A stretch of DNA of 64,000 bases from Candidatus Eiseniibacteriota bacterium (lineage in GTDB: Bacteria; Eisenbacteria; RBG-16-71-46): NCBI GenBank assembly GCA_044223005.1, contig JBGAML010000008.1, forward strand, positions 129,931 through 193,930. Reading direction: 5' to 3'. This document shows, one piece after another, positions 41,301-50,570 of the stretch. Below the pieces are notes generated by a model that had not been told where the DNA came from, did no database searches, and saw nothing but the letters and a program-made list of their open reading frames with translations. The position numbers and the translations under genes are program-made. Numbering within the stretch: position 1 is the first letter of the stretch; each line of letters begins with the position of its first letter.

Positions 41301-41697
41301 CGTCACGTTCCGCGTGAAGGCCGCGGGCGATCCGCGGCTCGGGATCGCGTCGGTGCGCGCGCGTGACGGCGGCAACCAGGAGGTCGCGGTCGCCGGCGTG
41401 AGCGGCGGCCCGGTGGCGGCGCGCACGGGGCTGTCGCTGGCGTCCACGAATCCGTTCCGCGACCAGCTCGCGCTGCAGCTGTCGCTGCCGGCGAGCGGAC
41501 CGGCGTCCGTGGCGGTGTTCGACGTCGCCGGCCGGCGCGTGCGCACGCTCGTCTCGGGCGCGCAGGCGGCCGGGACGCGGACCGTGACGTGGGATGGCCG
41601 CGATGACGCGGGGCTCCGGCTGGCTCCCGGCGCGTACGTGATCCGGCTCCACGCGGGGGCACTCGCCGAGTCGCGCGAGGTGCGGCTGGTGCGCTAG
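38305..41697 (+). CDS. Large secreted Ser/Cys-rich protein: duplicated N-terminal domain, cohesin-like, FN3-like, dockerin-like, second cohesin-like, C-terminal sorting domain
   Basis: AGGAGG RBS; signal peptide; NIGSSGQDGV twice; dockerin-like pairs GDDQVDIADVTLLGAHYG and TDGRVNFEDFMMFAINYG; GDGTLFSL and GSGELARVTF cohesin-like strands; CTD. Confidence 0.75.
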   Translation: MRRWFPVLFAACLAALAPSARAAVQFQGLSYTPQGACVADVDGDGRLSLHNIGSSGQDGVSIWSPRSNGMRVALDGQCSSLDVGSSVSLECTFSLNGLPPGQPVLRVASSTFSVSSSSQCTAACDFGQLSSSSSMELVLYRGGERVYSVTVPRSSHLQVALDATGQCPNPALSLYTERAPSSSMMCSRFSFSSSVHVSSAEGLFPDEDCDGFVFRCPKDEDCDGVSSFLRVVAPPTSSFSSLTCSSGACRALDHWVHTTGQATLDVADVGSTRRVRVSNIGSSGQDGVEVLSSRRAPIQPMGGGFVLHGEDCDDGDAVSMRFSPPGLVFDPSSDAGSSSVLTVVGNAFSSSGASLGSASASLTLTVVGSNFFAIPSHTGGGMDQEWVSVFSHGVEVARALLAPGAHVQVDAPPGGPLGMAINEKGLPGEKGTKSTTKKMLAGGGVDLASTDRISSSSSTRGSLVLLPRVLHVSFAHDRVFVWGGVSATGDELVCWAASSSGADDGLFEVTQCREFVRCASSSSSLSSMELLDVVSSGGDAVTPVVGSSSVSSASTCTSIPFVFSRTDETPARAFSVTFHLSSELASCGASVVEGDYLSRVAGTQLFVTDNGGGSYTVDCGIMGTVCGATGDGTLFSLQLGAAAGVVSGVGQVVVDDVVVRDCSNQPVPASPGATGFVPIQLSAPPALSSFSATQVLSGNPAGSSTTGVQLSWTPPPATSSVEVWRKGFGNYPLYDNAPNAGAVPSPPATPAAASSSGWSLVQCACSSGACGASSCTTPTGMLDQPPARDFLYYVAFVRDAYGNPSAVSSMSSGTLDYHLGDVSTGTVAGQGDDQVDIADVTLLGAHYGTVLPPGSPFSYLDVGPTTDFSTHARPTTDGRVNFEDFMMFAINYGAVSAPEGYARPAAAAANALRLDVPPVPGVGGTFVAALQADGAGDAQAISARLAFDAAVVEPVGVEPGALLDQQGRPGAVLSSDPGDVDVALLGAGPGLAGSGELARVTFRVKAAGDPRLGIASVRARDGGNQEVAVAGVSGGPVAARTGLSLASTNPFRDQLALQLSLPASGPASVAVFDVAGRRVRTLVSGAQAAGTRTVTWDGRDDAGLRLAPGAYVIRLHAGALAESREVRLVR

Positions 41698-41718
41698 ACC
41701 GGCAGCGGAAAGCAGGAC

Positions 41719-41758
41719 CGCGGCGGCCGCGCTCCGTGACGGGGACGCGGCCGCCGCG
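41719..41758 (+). terminator. Hairpin terminator
   Basis: cgcggcggccgcg ... cgcggccgccgcg followed by ttcc. Confidence 0.6.
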
Positions 41759-41876
41759 TTCCATGGGGTGGAAATGTCGCGTTTCCGGCCGGACGACCCG
41801 CGCGGTAGTCTCGGCCGGTCACGCGCGGTGGCCCGTCCGGGCCGCGCCGAACTCTCCCATCCTCACAGGGGACCCC

Positions 41877-42800
41877 ATGTCTCGATTCGTTCGCCCTCGC
41901 CGCGCGACGGCCACGCTGCTCGTCGCGTTCGTCGCACTCGGCGTCGCGGCCCTGCCGGTGACGCGCGCCCATGCCGGGCTCGGTGGCCTGATGAAGGCCG
42001 CGAAGGACAAGGCCGCCAACGCCATGGGCAAGAAGGCCACCGACGCGGTGGTGCCCGAGGCCGCGGGGTCGCCGGGTGCGGCGCCCACGTTCGACGACGT
42101 CACGCTCGAACTCACGAGCGAGCGGCTCGACAAGATCGTCGCGGGGCTGCAGGTCGCGCGGGACGCCAACGCGAAGCGCGCCGGCATGCTCGCGCACCAG
42201 CAGCAGATGCAGGACATGATCTCGGCCACGTACGACAAGTACGGCAAGGCGATCGACGAGACGCGCGGCAAGCGCGACCTCGTGCGCAACTGCTGGGACG
42301 ACTTCCTCTCCAAGCGCCGCGAGTCGCGCGAGGACGAGATGCGCCAGTCGATGATGAGCGATCCGGCCAAGCGCCAGAAGATGATGGAGATGAGCCAGGC
42401 GATGGCCAAGGCGCAGCAGTCCGGCAACCAGGCCGAGGTCGAGCGCATCCAGGGGCAGATGATGCAGATGTTCGGCCTCTCGCACGCGGACTCGGTGGCG
42501 GCGCAGCAGCGCTGCGGCGCGATCCCGCCGGTCCACCCGATGCAGGTGCGCATCGATTCGCTGCAGGCCGGTGTCCAGAAGGCCGACAAGGACATGCGCG
42601 CGCTCGACGAGAAGAGCTCCGCGGCCGAGGCGAAGGCGAGCGAGATGACGATTCCGCAGTTCGCGATGGCGCGCGAGCGGATCGAGATGTGGCTCGCGAA
42701 GGGCACCGGCCCCGCGCGGCGATCGGGCGTGACGGCGGGCGAGATGCAGGCCCTGGACGCGCATCGCCAGGCGCTCGAGGACGCACTGAGCGGCCGATGA
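41877..42800 (+). CDS. Secreted Met/Gln-rich helical hypothetical protein
   Basis: Signal peptide ending AHA; coiled-coil-like composition; two Cys. Confidence 0.7.
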   Translation: MSRFVRPRRATATLLVAFVALGVAALPVTRAHAGLGGLMKAAKDKAANAMGKKATDAVVPEAAGSPGAAPTFDDVTLELTSERLDKIVAGLQVARDANAKRAGMLAHQQQMQDMISATYDKYGKAIDETRGKRDLVRNCWDDFLSKRRESREDEMRQSMMSDPAKRQKMMEMSQAMAKAQQSGNQAEVERIQGQMMQMFGLSHADSVAAQQRCGAIPPVHPMQVRIDSLQAGVQKADKDMRALDEKSSAAEAKASEMTIPQFAMARERIEMWLAKGTGPARRSGVTAGEMQALDAHRQALEDALSGR

Positions 42801-43729
42801 CGCGGCGGGGTTTCACCGTGCTGGCGCTGGCCACGATGCTCGCGGCCGGCGCCGGCGCCGTTTCGGGGCCCGCGTGGGGCTCGACGCTCGCCGTGCGCTC
42901 GGGCGGCGCGTGGCACACATGGTGGCGCTCCGAGGCCGCGCCCGCGGGCTGGTCCGCCGCCGATTCCACGCTCGCGCGGGCGTGCGCGTGGCGCACGGCC
43001 GCGCCGGGGATCGAGTGGGCCGAACTCGAGCTGGCGGGTGACGCGCCCACCTGGCGCACGCGCCTCGTGCTCGTGCGGCTGGATCCCGTACGCGTGCGGT
43101 TCGACCTCGTGCGCGCGCTCGATCCGCGCACCGGCCGCCCGTCGTGGACGCTCGACCGCGCGCCCGCCGACGCGCTCGTCGCGTTCAACGCCGGCCAGTT
43201 CGTCGACGCGCTGCCGTGGGGCTGGCTCGTGCTGGACGGCCGCGAGCGCCTCGCCCCGGGCCCCGGGCCGCTCTCGGCCGCGTTCGCCGTCGGCGCGGAC
43301 GAGGCCGTGCACTGGCTCGCGGGCGACGCGCTCGCGCCGCCGCCGGGCGGCATGCGCCTCGCGTTCCAGTCGTATCCCGCGCTGCTCGCCGGCGACGGCG
43401 ACGTGCCCGAGGCGCTGCGGCGCGAGGGCGCGGGCGTCGACCTGCGCCACCGCGACGCGCGGCTCGCGCTGGGGCTCGCGCGCGACGGCCGCGTGCTCGT
43501 CGCGCTGACGCGCTTCGACGTGCTCGGCGAACGCGCGGGCGCGATCCCGCTCGGGCCCACGACCCCCGAGATGGCCGCGGTGATGGGCGCGCTGGGTGCG
43601 CGCGCCGCGATGAGCCTCGACGGTGGCATCTCGGCGCAGTTGCTGCTCCGCGAGCACGGCCGCGCGCACCGCTGGCCGGGCTGGCGCAAGGTGCCGCTGG
43701 CGCTGGTGGTGCGCGCGCGGTCGCGCTGA
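42797..43729 (+). CDS. Phosphodiester glycosidase (NAGPA-like) family exported protein
   Basis: MTRRGF signal; FNAGQF, RDARLALG, AMSLDGGISAQL, RKVP; ATGA overlap with the upstream gene. Confidence 0.75.
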   Translation: MTRRGFTVLALATMLAAGAGAVSGPAWGSTLAVRSGGAWHTWWRSEAAPAGWSAADSTLARACAWRTAAPGIEWAELELAGDAPTWRTRLVLVRLDPVRVRFDLVRALDPRTGRPSWTLDRAPADALVAFNAGQFVDALPWGWLVLDGRERLAPGPGPLSAAFAVGADEAVHWLAGDALAPPPGGMRLAFQSYPALLAGDGDVPEALRREGAGVDLRHRDARLALGLARDGRVLVALTRFDVLGERAGAIPLGPTTPEMAAVMGALGARAAMSLDGGISAQLLLREHGRAHRWPGWRKVPLALVVRARSR

Positions 43730-43794
43730 CCCCGCGCGGCCACCGCGCGCGGTGGCGGGACCCGAAGCCCGCGGGCTAGGATGCCCGCCGAGCC

Positions 43795-45261
43795 ATGGAA
43801 GGTATCCCGCCGAAGCCGTCCCCGGACCCGGCCGCGTCCCTGCGCGGCGAGCGCGCGCTGTTCGCGCTGGTCCTCGCCGTCGCGCTCGCGTTCCGCGTGC
43901 GCGAGGCCCTGCGCACGCCGTTCTGGTTCGACGAGATCTACTCGCTCCAGGTCGTGCGCCGCGGCGGTGCCGCGATGTGGGAGCTGATCGCCGGCGACAT
44001 CCACCCGCCGCTGCCGACGCTCCTGCTCGCGCTCTGGCGCGCCGTGGGTGGCGAATCGCCGCTGTGGCTCAAGACGCTGCCCATGCTGTTCGGCCTCGGA
44101 GTGGTCTGGGCGACGTGGCGGCTCGCACGCGCGCTGTTCGGGCCGCGGGCCGGGCTGCTGGCCGCGGCGCTCGTGGCGGTGCACCCGTCGCAGGTCTACT
44201 TCGGGCAGGAGATCCGCTGCTACGGCATGCTCACGTTCGCGCTCGTGCTCGCGGCGTGGCGGGCGTGGTGCTGGGTCGGGTCGGGACGTCCTCGCGACGC
44301 CGTGCTCGCGGTGCTCGCCGAGGCGCTGGTGCTGCACGTGCACTACATGGGCGGCTACGTGCTGGCGCTCATGGACCTGTGGGTGCTGCTGCTCGTGCTC
44401 CGCACGCCGCGCCGCGCGCTGGCGTGGATCGCGTGGCACGCGCTCGTGCTCGTGGCGCTGCTGCCGCTCGCGGGGCTGATGCCGAAGCAGTTGCTGCGCT
44501 CGGGATCGCACTGGGTCGCCTCGGCGCCGGTCTCGAGCCTTTCGAACCTCGCGCGCCGGTTCGCGTTCGACGCCGGCTACCTCGTGCCCGCCGTCGCCGT
44601 GCTCGCGCTGCTGCCGCTGGCCCGCGGCCCGCAGCGCCGCGCGGCCGCGTACCTCGCATGGCTCGGGATCGCCACCGTGCTCGGGGCGTTCGCGCTGACG
44701 CGCGCGGGACTGCACCTCTACACCGAGCGCTACATGTTCTTCGCGGTGCCGTTCGTGTGCGTGCTCGTCGCGGCCGGCGTCGTGGGGCTGCGGTGGCGTC
44801 GCGCCGCCGCCCTGCTCGCGGTGGCCCTGCTCGCGTTCGGGGTGCGCGCGGCGATCGTCAAGCGCCCCATGATCGAGGCGCGCGCGCTCAAGGTGGCGGC
44901 CGGCCTGATCGCGCCCGAACTCCGCCCCGGCGATCTCGTCTTCGCCACCGACACGCACAGCCTCGCGTGCACGGCCTACCACCTGCGCGACGATCGTGGC
45001 CGGCTGCTCATGTCGTGGCCGACGGTGCCCTACTACGTCGGTGGCCGGCTGCTGCCGGACTCGCTGAAGATCGCGCCCGACAGCGTCCGCCGCGCGAGCC
45101 GGCTCGGCCGCCGCTGGTGGGCCGTGCGCACGCGCGAGGACGCCGTGCCCACCGCGACCGCTGCGGCGATGCTCGATTCGTTCGCGCGCGGCGGCAAGGT
45201 GCAGATCGAGCACGTCACCGTGTGGGCGAGCGATCCCGGCATGCTCGCCCCCGGGCACTGA
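43795..45261 (+). CDS. GT-C fold membrane glycosyltransferase (GT39/ArnT-like)
   Basis: FWFDEIYS, DIHPPL, QEIRCYG, ERY; many TM helices. Confidence 0.82.
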   Translation: MEGIPPKPSPDPAASLRGERALFALVLAVALAFRVREALRTPFWFDEIYSLQVVRRGGAAMWELIAGDIHPPLPTLLLALWRAVGGESPLWLKTLPMLFGLGVVWATWRLARALFGPRAGLLAAALVAVHPSQVYFGQEIRCYGMLTFALVLAAWRAWCWVGSGRPRDAVLAVLAEALVLHVHYMGGYVLALMDLWVLLLVLRTPRRALAWIAWHALVLVALLPLAGLMPKQLLRSGSHWVASAPVSSLSNLARRFAFDAGYLVPAVAVLALLPLARGPQRRAAAYLAWLGIATVLGAFALTRAGLHLYTERYMFFAVPFVCVLVAAGVVGLRWRRAAALLAVALLAFGVRAAIVKRPMIEARALKVAAGLIAPELRPGDLVFATDTHSLACTAYHLRDDRGRLLMSWPTVPYYVGGRLLPDSLKIAPDSVRRASRLGRRWWAVRTREDAVPTATAAAMLDSFARGGKVQIEHVTVWASDPGMLAPGH

Positions 45262-45315
45262 ATGCGAACGGCCGCGCCCGGGGGGCGCGGCCGCGCATGC
45301 GTCCGGTGAACCGGC

Positions 45316-47502
45316 TCAGGCCGGGGCGTAGGGGAACGTCGTCGCCATCGTGACGACGCGCTGCTCGCGGATCGAGCGCCGTGCCGCCAGCAGCGCCTGC
45401 GCCGCGACGACGAACGAATCCGTTTCGTCGCGCGCGCCGGCCTCGCGCCGGAACTGCGCCAGCATGCGTTTCAGCATCTCCACCTGGCCGAGGTCCGGCT
45501 GCAGGTTCGTCGTCGACTTCGGGCCGCCACCGCCGCGCAGCGCGAGGCTGCGGAAGCCGGAGAGCCGCGCCGAGCGGCCGCCGCCCAGTACGTCGGCGCT
45601 CTCGCGCACGAATCCGTCCTGGCTGCCGCACGTGTAGTGCACCACCGCGATGCCGCCGCTCGCCATGCGCATCGTGATCGCCCACGACTCCTCGCGATGA
45701 CCGGGATCCGGCGTCGCGAGCGCGTGTACCTCGACCGGGAGGCTCTCCGAATAGCAGATCGCCAGGTCGATGAAGTGGCAGACGTCGCCGAACAGCACGC
45801 CGCCGCCCTCGGCCGGATCCTGGTACCACGAGTCCGCCGGCACGCCCGCCGAGCGCACGGTGACGTTCACCTGCCGGACCGGCACGCCGCGGAAGTGCGC
45901 GAGCAGCTTCTGCGACAGCGGCGCGTAGCGGCGGTTGTGTCCCAGCCACAGTGTCGGGCCCGCGTCCCCGCGGGCGCCGAGCACGTCGAGGATCGGCGCG
46001 AGCTGGTCCTCGTTCATCGCCAGCGGCTTCTCCACGTAGACGTGCTTGCCGGCCTTCAGCGCTTCGAACGCGTAGCGCGCGTGGCTGTCGTGACGCGTGG
46101 CGACCATGACCGCGTTCACCTGCGGGCTCGCCATCACCTGCGCCGGGTCGGTCGTCGCGACGCGGAACCCGTAGCGCTTGGCGAGCGCGTCGGCGTTGGC
46201 GCCGCGCGCGGTGCAGATCGTGTCGAGCCCGAGCCCCTTCATGCCGGGGAAGTGGGGGAGGATCATCGATTTCGCGTAGTTGCCCGCACCGATGATGCCC
46301 AGCCGCACGTCGCCGCCCGCCTTCTCGCCCGCGAACGTCGTCAGCCGCGGCTGCGTGGAGACCGCGTCGGCGCTCGCGTCCGGGTACTGGATCACGATGC
46401 CGACCGCCGAGGCCAGGTCGCCGTTCGCGATGCCGTCGAACACCTTCGGCGCGTCGGCGAACGGAAAGCGGTGCGTGACGAGGCGCTGCATGTCGATCCT
46501 GCCCTGCGCGATCAGGTCGAGGAACGCACCCATGTTGCGGTTCGCGCTCCAGCGCACGTAGCCGATCGGGTAGTCGCGGCCGCGCAGGAAGTAGTCCATG
46601 TCGAAGATGCCGGGGCCCATGGCGCGGCTGAAGAGGAAGTCGATCTCCTTGGCGAACCACACGCGCCAGTCGAGCTCGATGTACGTGTTGCCGAGGCAGA
46701 TCGCGCGGCCCTTCTCGCGCAGCACCGCGGCCGACATGTCGATCGGGCCCTTGTCCTTGATCGCAGTCGTGATCATCACCGCGTCCACGCCCTGGCCGCC
46801 GGTCATGCGGAGCGCGTGCGTGAGCGTCTCCTCCATGTCCGGCGCGCACGCGACGTCGGCGCCCAGCGCCAGAGCGAGCTCGCGCTTGGTCGCATCGGGA
46901 TCCACGCCGAGCACGCGGCAGCCGTTGGCGCGGCAGAGCTGCACGAGGAACTGGCCCAGCAGGCCGAGCCCGATCACCGCCACCGTCTCGCCGAGCTCGA
47001 GCCGCGCCTGGCGCACGCCCTGCAGCGCGATCGCGCCGACCGCGGAGCTGCTCGCGAAGTCGAGCGGCACTCCCGCCGGCACCGCGACCACGAGGTTGCG
47101 CGGCACCGCATTGTACTCGGCGTGCGTCGCCACGCCCTCGCCGATCGCCGCCACGCGGTCGCCGACGCGGAACTCCTCGACGTTCGCGCCCACCGCCGCG
47201 ACGGTGCCCGCGCACGAGTAGCCGAGCGTGGCCGGCGACTTGAGCCGCTCCTGCACCTTGCGCACGGTCGGCATGACGCCCTGTTCCTTGAGCGTGTTCA
47301 GCACCTGCTTGACCTGGTCGGGGCGCTCGGCCGCTTTCTCCGCGAGGTTCATGCGGGCCTGCGTCACCTTCATCTTCTCGGTGCCGACGCTGACGAACGA
47401 GAAGTGGGTGCGCACGAGGACGTCGCCCGGGCCGATCGAGGGGATCGGCACGTCGCTCATGTCGAGCGTGCCGTCCTTCAGGTACTGGCGGATCTGCTTC
47501 AC
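45316..47502 (-). CDS. Bi-domain oxidoreductase (MDR/Zn-ADH-like + Gfo/Idh/MocA), type found in polysaccharide loci
   Basis: SVGTEK, LGYSCAG, GLGLLG, YPIGYVRWSANRN, GAGNYA, HVYVEKP, GHNRR, GDVCHFID; GGAG RBS before GTG. Confidence 0.88.
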   Translation of the reverse strand: MKQIRQYLKDGTLDMSDVPIPSIGPGDVLVRTHFSFVSVGTEKMKVTQARMNLAEKAAERPDQVKQVLNTLKEQGVMPTVRKVQERLKSPATLGYSCAGTVAAVGANVEEFRVGDRVAAIGEGVATHAEYNAVPRNLVVAVPAGVPLDFASSSAVGAIALQGVRQARLELGETVAVIGLGLLGQFLVQLCRANGCRVLGVDPDATKRELALALGADVACAPDMEETLTHALRMTGGQGVDAVMITTAIKDKGPIDMSAAVLREKGRAICLGNTYIELDWRVWFAKEIDFLFSRAMGPGIFDMDYFLRGRDYPIGYVRWSANRNMGAFLDLIAQGRIDMQRLVTHRFPFADAPKVFDGIANGDLASAVGIVIQYPDASADAVSTQPRLTTFAGEKAGGDVRLGIIGAGNYAKSMILPHFPGMKGLGLDTICTARGANADALAKRYGFRVATTDPAQVMASPQVNAVMVATRHDSHARYAFEALKAGKHVYVEKPLAMNEDQLAPILDVLGARGDAGPTLWLGHNRRYAPLSQKLLAHFRGVPVRQVNVTVRSAGVPADSWYQDPAEGGGVLFGDVCHFIDLAICYSESLPVEVHALATPDPGHREESWAITMRMASGGIAVVHYTCGSQDGFVRESADVLGGGRSARLSGFRSLALRGGGGPKSTTNLQPDLGQVEMLKRMLAQFRREAGARDETDSFVVAAQALLAARRSIREQRVVTMATTFPYAPA

Positions 47503-47708
47503 GAACTCCTCCGGCGCGTCGCGGGGGATCCCGGCGCGCATGGCGGCCCTCCGGAGGCCGCGCGCGAAGGGGGGAGAAGCGGCGCGGTGCCCCGTAGGAC
47601 AGGTCTCGAGCCTAGGATGCTACCGAACTCGGGACAGCGCCGCCACACGCGCCCCACGCGGGGAATTCGCATTTCGCACGACCACGCGCCGCGGCCGCGC
47701 GGGCCGCG

Positions 47709-48836
47709 TCAGCGCGCGATCGCGCCGCGGTAGATCGCGGCGAACTGGCGCGCGAGCCGGTCGAGCCCGAACTCGCGTTCGGCGCGCTCGGCGCACGCGC
47801 GCGACATGGCGCGCAGGCGTTCCGGCGACGCGGCGAGGTCGCGCAGCGCGGCCGCGATCGCCTTGGCGTCGCGCGGCGGCACCAGCCTGCCGTGCGTGCC
47901 GTCGGTCACCGCATCGGGAATGCCGCCGACGCGCGAGGCGACGACCGGTGTGCCCGCGGCCATGCTCTCGAGCACCGCGTACGGCATGCCCTCGGATTCG
48001 CTGGGGAGCAGGAACACGTCGCACTCGCGCAGGAACGCCGCCTTGGCCTCGGCGCCCAGCGGGCCGACCAGTGTCACCGCGCCGCCCAGGTTCCGGCGCG
48101 CGATCTCGGCCGCGAGCCGCGCGCGTGCATCGCCCGAGCCGGCGATCCGGAACTCGAGCGCGGCGAAGGCGCTCTCGCGCCGCAGGGCCTCGACCGCCGC
48201 GAGCGTCTCGAACAGGCCCTTGCCGTCCACGAGCCGCCCCAGGTAGCCGAGCCGGCGCACCTGCCCCGAATGCTCGCGGGGCGCCGGGCCGCGCAGCGCC
48301 GGCACGTCGACCGCGTTGGGGACGACCTCGATCCGGCGCACGCCGCCCAGCGCCTCGAACTGCGCGCGCTCCACCGTCGCGAGCACGACCAGCACGTCCG
48401 GCCAGCCGAACACCGTGCGCGCGATCGCGCGCATCGCGCCGCCGCCGGCGAGCCGTTCGAGCGAGCCGCCGTGGATCTGGTAGACGACGCGGCGCCCGAA
48501 CGCGCGCAGCACCAGCAGCGAGCCGACCTCGCGCCAGAACCCGCGCGGGTCGACCGACGTGTTCACGTGCACGACGTCCGGCCGCAGCGCGGCCACGCGT
48601 GCCGCGAGCGCGAACGGCATCACCGCGAGCCGGACGAGCGCCGCGAGCGCGGGCTCGTCGCGGGCCGGGCTCTCGCGTCCGCGGCTGCCGGTCTCGAAGA
48701 GCTCGAGCCGGAACTCCCCCGCGAGCGGCGAGGCCCACAGGTTCCGCAAGTGCGCGGGGCCGCCGCCGGCCGCGGCCGGCGAGGGGCCGCAGACCAGCAC
48801 GGTCGGGCGATCGGGCGAAACCGGCGCGGCGCACAT
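47709..48836 (-). CDS. Glycosyltransferase family 4
   Basis: VPNAVD, LGRL..GKG, PSESEGMPYAVLESMAAG, VGGIPD. Start uncertain. Confidence 0.9.
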   Translation of the reverse strand: MCAAPVSPDRPTVLVCGPSPAAAGGGPAHLRNLWASPLAGEFRLELFETGSRGRESPARDEPALAALVRLAVMPFALAARVAALRPDVVHVNTSVDPRGFWREVGSLLVLRAFGRRVVYQIHGGSLERLAGGGAMRAIARTVFGWPDVLVVLATVERAQFEALGGVRRIEVVPNAVDVPALRGPAPREHSGQVRRLGYLGRLVDGKGLFETLAAVEALRRESAFAALEFRIAGSGDARARLAAEIARRNLGGAVTLVGPLGAEAKAAFLRECDVFLLPSESEGMPYAVLESMAAGTPVVASRVGGIPDAVTDGTHGRLVPPRDAKAIAAALRDLAASPERLRAMSRACAERAEREFGLDRLARQFAAIYRGAIAR

Positions 48837-48919
48837 GGTTCCGGCAGCCTCGCACACCCGGCCGGACGGCGCCACGAACGGCCACGCGATCCTCGCAGGC
48901 CTGCTAGACTCCCCGGCCC

Positions 48920-50563
48920 ATGATCGTCCTCGACGGCATCTCCAAGCAGTACGGCAAGCAGGTCCTCTTCGTCGAAAGCTCCTTTCAGCTCGATCCGGGC
49001 GAGAAGGTGGGCCTCGTCGGGCCCAACGGCGCCGGCAAGACGACCGTGTTCCGCATGATCGCGGGCGAGGAATCCCCGGACGAGGGCACGATCTCGGTGC
49101 CGAAGCGCATCTCGATCGGCTACTTCCGCCAGGACGTGGGCGAGATGTCGGGCCGCAGCGTGCTGGACGAGGCGATCGCCGGCAGCGGCCGGCTCGGCGA
49201 GCTGCACCACGAGCTCGAATCGCTGCAGCACGCGATGGCCGATCCCGATCGCGCCGACGAGATGGAGGCGATTCTCGAGCGCTTCGGCCACGTGCAGGAG
49301 GAGTACGAGCACGCCGGCGGCTACGATCTGGAGTCGCGCGCGCGCGACGTGCTGCGCGGCCTCGGGTTCGAGGAGCCGCAGATCGAGAACGACGTCGACG
49401 CGCTCTCGGGCGGCTGGAAGATGCGCGTGGGCCTGGCGCGCGTGCTGCTCGGGCGGCCCGACGTGCTGCTCATGGACGAGCCGACCAACCACCTCGACAT
49501 CGAGTCGATCCTCTGGCTCGAGCGGTTCATCCGCGACTATCCCGGCACGGTGCTCATGACCTGCCACGACCGCGACTTCATGAACCGGATCGTGTCGCGG
49601 ATCGTCGACATCGACGGCGGCGAGTTCAACTCGTACACCGGCGACTACGACTTCTACGTGCGCCAGCGCGCCATCTCCGACGCGAACCGCGAGGCGGCGC
49701 ACGCGCGCCAGCAGGCGATGCTCGCCAAGGAGCGGCGCTTCATCGAGCGGTTCACCGCGCACGCGGCCAAGGCCGCGCAGGTGCAGAGCCGCGTGAAGAA
49801 GCTCGAGAAGATCGAGACGATCGAGCTGCCCCGCAAGCGCCACGTGGTGGAGTTCCGGTTCCGCTCGCCCGCTCGCTCGGGCGAGGACGTGGCGCAGCTG
49901 CGCGGCATCCGCAAGGCCTACGGCGAGCGCGTCATCTACGACGGGTTCGATCTCGACATTCGGCGCGGGCAGCGCTGGTGCGTGATGGGACGGAACGGCG
50001 CCGGCAAGTCGACGCTGCTCAAGATCGTCGCTGGCGCGCTGGAGCCCGATTCGGGCGGCGTGAAGCTGGGCGCGAGCCTCAAGCTGGGCTACTTCGCGCA
50101 GCAGTCGCTCGACCTGCTCGATCCCACCTTGAGCGTGATCGAGCAGCTGCAGCACGACTTCCCGCTCGAGAACCTCGGCACGCTGCGGAACCTGGCGGGC
50201 GCGTTCCACTTCTCGGGCAGCGACGTCGAGAAGCCGATCCGCGTGCTCTCGGGCGGCGAGAAGTCCCGTCTCGTGCTCGCGCGCATGCTGCTCGATCCGC
50301 CCAACTTCCTGGTGCTCGACGAGCCGACCAACCATCTCGATCTCGAAACCAAGGAGATGCTGGTCGAGTCGCTCAGGGATTTCGAAGGCACCATGCTGTT
50401 CGTGAGCCACGACCGCACGTTCCTGCGCGGGCTCTCGAACCGCGTGCTCGAACTGCGCCCCGGCGACGACACGCATCCCGCGGAGCCGCCGTTCGAGTAC
50501 GGCGGCTCCTACGTGGAGTACGTCGAGCGTACCGGCAGCGAAGCCGCCGGCGTGCACGGCTGA
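48920..50563 (+). CDS. ABC-F family ATPase (ribosome-associated)
   Basis: Two NBDs (GPNGAGKT, GRNGAGKST), LSGGW and LSGGE, DEPTNHLD twice; no TM segments. Confidence 0.95.
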   Translation: MIVLDGISKQYGKQVLFVESSFQLDPGEKVGLVGPNGAGKTTVFRMIAGEESPDEGTISVPKRISIGYFRQDVGEMSGRSVLDEAIAGSGRLGELHHELESLQHAMADPDRADEMEAILERFGHVQEEYEHAGGYDLESRARDVLRGLGFEEPQIENDVDALSGGWKMRVGLARVLLGRPDVLLMDEPTNHLDIESILWLERFIRDYPGTVLMTCHDRDFMNRIVSRIVDIDGGEFNSYTGDYDFYVRQRAISDANREAAHARQQAMLAKERRFIERFTAHAAKAAQVQSRVKKLEKIETIELPRKRHVVEFRFRSPARSGEDVAQLRGIRKAYGERVIYDGFDLDIRRGQRWCVMGRNGAGKSTLLKIVAGALEPDSGGVKLGASLKLGYFAQQSLDLLDPTLSVIEQLQHDFPLENLGTLRNLAGAFHFSGSDVEKPIRVLSGGEKSRLVLARMLLDPPNFLVLDEPTNHLDLETKEMLVESLRDFEGTMLFVSHDRTFLRGLSNRVLELRPGDDTHPAEPPFEYGGSYVEYVERTGSEAAGVHG

Positions 50564-50570
50564 CGCGCCG

